Below are positions 61,779 to 64,000 of a stretch of DNA of 64,000 nucleotides, piece by piece. The stretch is from assembly GCA_964270895.1 (NCBI GenBank), contig OZ185437.1. One strand, given 5' to 3'. The position numbers and the translations under genes were made by a program. Under the pieces are notes generated by a model. The model was not told the origin of the DNA. It did not search any database and was given only the letters and a program-made list of their open reading frames with translations. The stretch comes from Podarcis filfolensis. Taxonomy: Eukaryota. The first letter of the stretch is position 1. Every line of letters starts with the position of its first letter.

Positions 61779-62619
61779 ACACCCTCGGCTACTGAATATA
61801 TAGTAAACCAATCAATTCCCACATTCCCTTCTTCTTTAGACTTTCCCACTCAATGAATGAAGGTGAGGTTGGAGACGGTGCCCCCAGTGTGCAAGAATAT
61901 TGGGTGTGGGGTTGGCACACATTCCCCTGCCCCCTACACATTCAGCCCTTGTGCTTAGGCTGAACAGCTGAATAGGGCTTTTGTGGCTGTGTCACATAGG
62001 TGTGGTGTAGAAGGATCTCTTCTCCCCACACCCTATTATGTTTCCGCTTTCTACTTTCACGTCTGGAAGTTGGTCTTACACAGCATGACCTTTCCCCCAC
62101 ATTTAGCTGCTGGTAGTGGTATGATGGTTTTATAACTCACACTTGATCCACTGTTTTGTGAGTAGCAGCAGGAAAATGATAGTTTAAGCCCTTGCTAACT
62201 TGGGGTGAAACACTGCTGAGCTGAACTGTTTCAAAAACCCGGACTGTGTTTTTTTTTTATTCTGCCGTTTCTCTCCCGGTGCATCCCCTTTTTTAAAGCA
62301 CGGAGGTCATCTTTCTTTCCTTGACACCTGCCAATTGCAACAGTGCTGCAGCTTAGATAACAACAGAAGAACAAGGAGCCTGGCTAATCTTTCCACTATT
62401 GGTGTCAACAGAAGGGCACTTCCAAATGTGGTTAATTTCCCACACAAATGGTACTTCTGTGGGGGGTGGGGTGGAAACATGCCAGCCACATGTAAATCAC
62501 CACATGCGACAAATGCGCACATCTCTTTTTGGCTCCTTAGTCTGAAAGTATGCAATTGCCATGCATGATTTTCGACTGACATGCTTTCCTACATTATTAT
62601 GCGTTGTGTTTCTCTCCCG

Positions 62620-62790
62620 CCTTTCTTTCAAGGAGCTTCTGGCATATAATGGTCACCCAACACCATCATTTTATTCTCAGAACACCCCAGTGAGGTAGGT
62701 TAGGCTGAGAGATGGTCCAAGGTCAACCCAGTGAGGGGAATCTGAACCTGGGTCTCTGTGCTCTCATCTGGCACATTCTCTATGCTCCGC
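62620..62790 (-). mobile_element. Old MIR/CORE-like SINE fragment (plus-strand 3' pieces also at about 12205-12270 and 58770-58830)
   Basis: ctcagaacaccccagtgaggtaggttaggctgagagatggtccaaggtcaacccagtg...gaatctgaacctgggtctc resembles CORE-SINE reverse strand. Degenerate. Confidence 0.55.
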
Positions 62791-63054
62791 TGGTTCTCTG
62801 GCATGCCATTTGTACGTTCTACTTGTCATGAAATGGAGCATGTTTGAAGTAAACTTGAGAGGTAGCATTTTTAACTGAAGAGAAAGCAGTTGTGTAATAG
62901 TTGTGGAAAGTCTCAGCCAACTGTCACCTACACAGCAGGCATAGGGGAGGCCTGCTGTCTGCCACAGTTTTTAGGGATGTATGGAGCTATGCACGATACA
63001 CAGACGTGCGCATGAGAAGGTCTTGGCCACCTCAGGCCGTTGATTTTGGATATC

Positions 63055-63451
63055 GCAAAGTGTCTGGAAACCAAGCCTTATGAGGAGCAGTTGAGGAAGT
63101 TGGGTATGTTTATCTTGGTAAAGAGGGGACTGAGAGGAGATATGACAGCCATCTTCAAATATCTCAAGGGCTGTCACATGGAAGATGGAGCAAGCTTGTT
63201 TTCTGCTGCTCTGGAGGTTAGGACCCAAACCAATGAATTCAAGTTACAAGAAAGAAGATTTTGACTAAGCATCAGGAAGGACCTTCTGATCTCTCCCAGG
63301 AGGTGGTGGGCTCTCCATACTTGGAGGTTTTTAAGCAGAAGTTGTATGGCCATCTGTCATGAATGCTTTAGTTGAGATTTCTGCATCACAGTGGGATGGA
63401 TTCCATGGGCCCCAGGATCCCTTCCAACTCTGCAATTCTTTGATTCTATGA
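63055..63451 (+). mobile_element. CR1 LINE 3' fragment
   Basis: Encodes [36 protein letters not shown] (CR1 ORF2 C-terminus) and ends cccttccaactctgcaattctttgattctatga. Confidence 0.9.
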
Positions 63452-64000
63452 ATTTATGATAGCTGTATTTTTACTGCCAGTGAGGGGGCAGACACTTTTG
63501 GGATTTACTACCCTGGTGCAAAATACTTTGACCAACCTGGATACGATGCACTTTGACTTGCTATTCCACCTCAAGCAATAAAATCTCTTGTACCAACCTG
63601 GAAATTTCTGTGTTGTGTCATCAGAGCTGTCCACCAACATTATTTTCTTGCCAATTGTCTAACTGTATGTTACCTTTCCAGTCCATTGTTTCTGAGCAGG
63701 GCATGCATGTTGCTACATAAATTTTAATTAAAAGGAAACTAAGGGACATTAACAATCGAAACTTGTCATTGACTTTTGCTTTATTTTGGTTCATTAACTT
63801 GTCATCAACACAACTATTCAGCTGGGCTAAGAGCTGGGGAGAACCACTGCTTCACAAATGGAAGATCATTCCAGATTGAACCAGCCAAAGGAAGTCAATA
63901 GCCTTTGCAGCAAAGGTCATATTTTAGCATTTGTTTGCTAGTAAGCATGTCAGAGTTCAGAAATATTTAGACCTGTGCTCTCTAGATGTAGTGGCACAAG

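Overview
Vertebrate genomic DNA, most likely from a lacertid lizard (inferred from Sauria SINE and Squam3-like SINE copies and squamate-type CR1/L2/Penelope/MITE repeats). The window holds the 5' part of SIPA1L2 (SPAR2, a Rap GTPase-activating protein) on the minus strand. It has a CpG-island, TATA-less promoter and non-coding first exon near 41.4-41.8 kb and a 1.7-kb first coding exon (ATG at 24476). Six more coding exons run down to 343. Together the seven exons give 2796 coding nt (932 codons), all with GT-AG boundaries and consistent phases, covering the N-terminus and the whole RapGAP domain. The gene continues past the left edge. The rest is intron and upstream DNA dense in transposon relics, several with readable TIRs and target-site duplications. 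The most notable observations are: (1) a minimal hammerhead ribozyme with an intact core inside a TSD-bounded Penelope-like insertion (52648-52685), plus a decayed second one inside the gene; (2) a MITE sitting at the apex of a 116-bp near-perfect palindrome (61435-61778); (3) a nested MITE carrying an NRF1-CRE-NRF1 cassette and a fold-back terminus; (4) a (CT)23 microsatellite that forms a candidate splice acceptor for a uORF-bearing 5'UTR exon; and (5) four uORFs packed just before the SIPA1L2 start codon. I found no convincing new protein-coding system. Family names come from recall of motifs, not from database searches.
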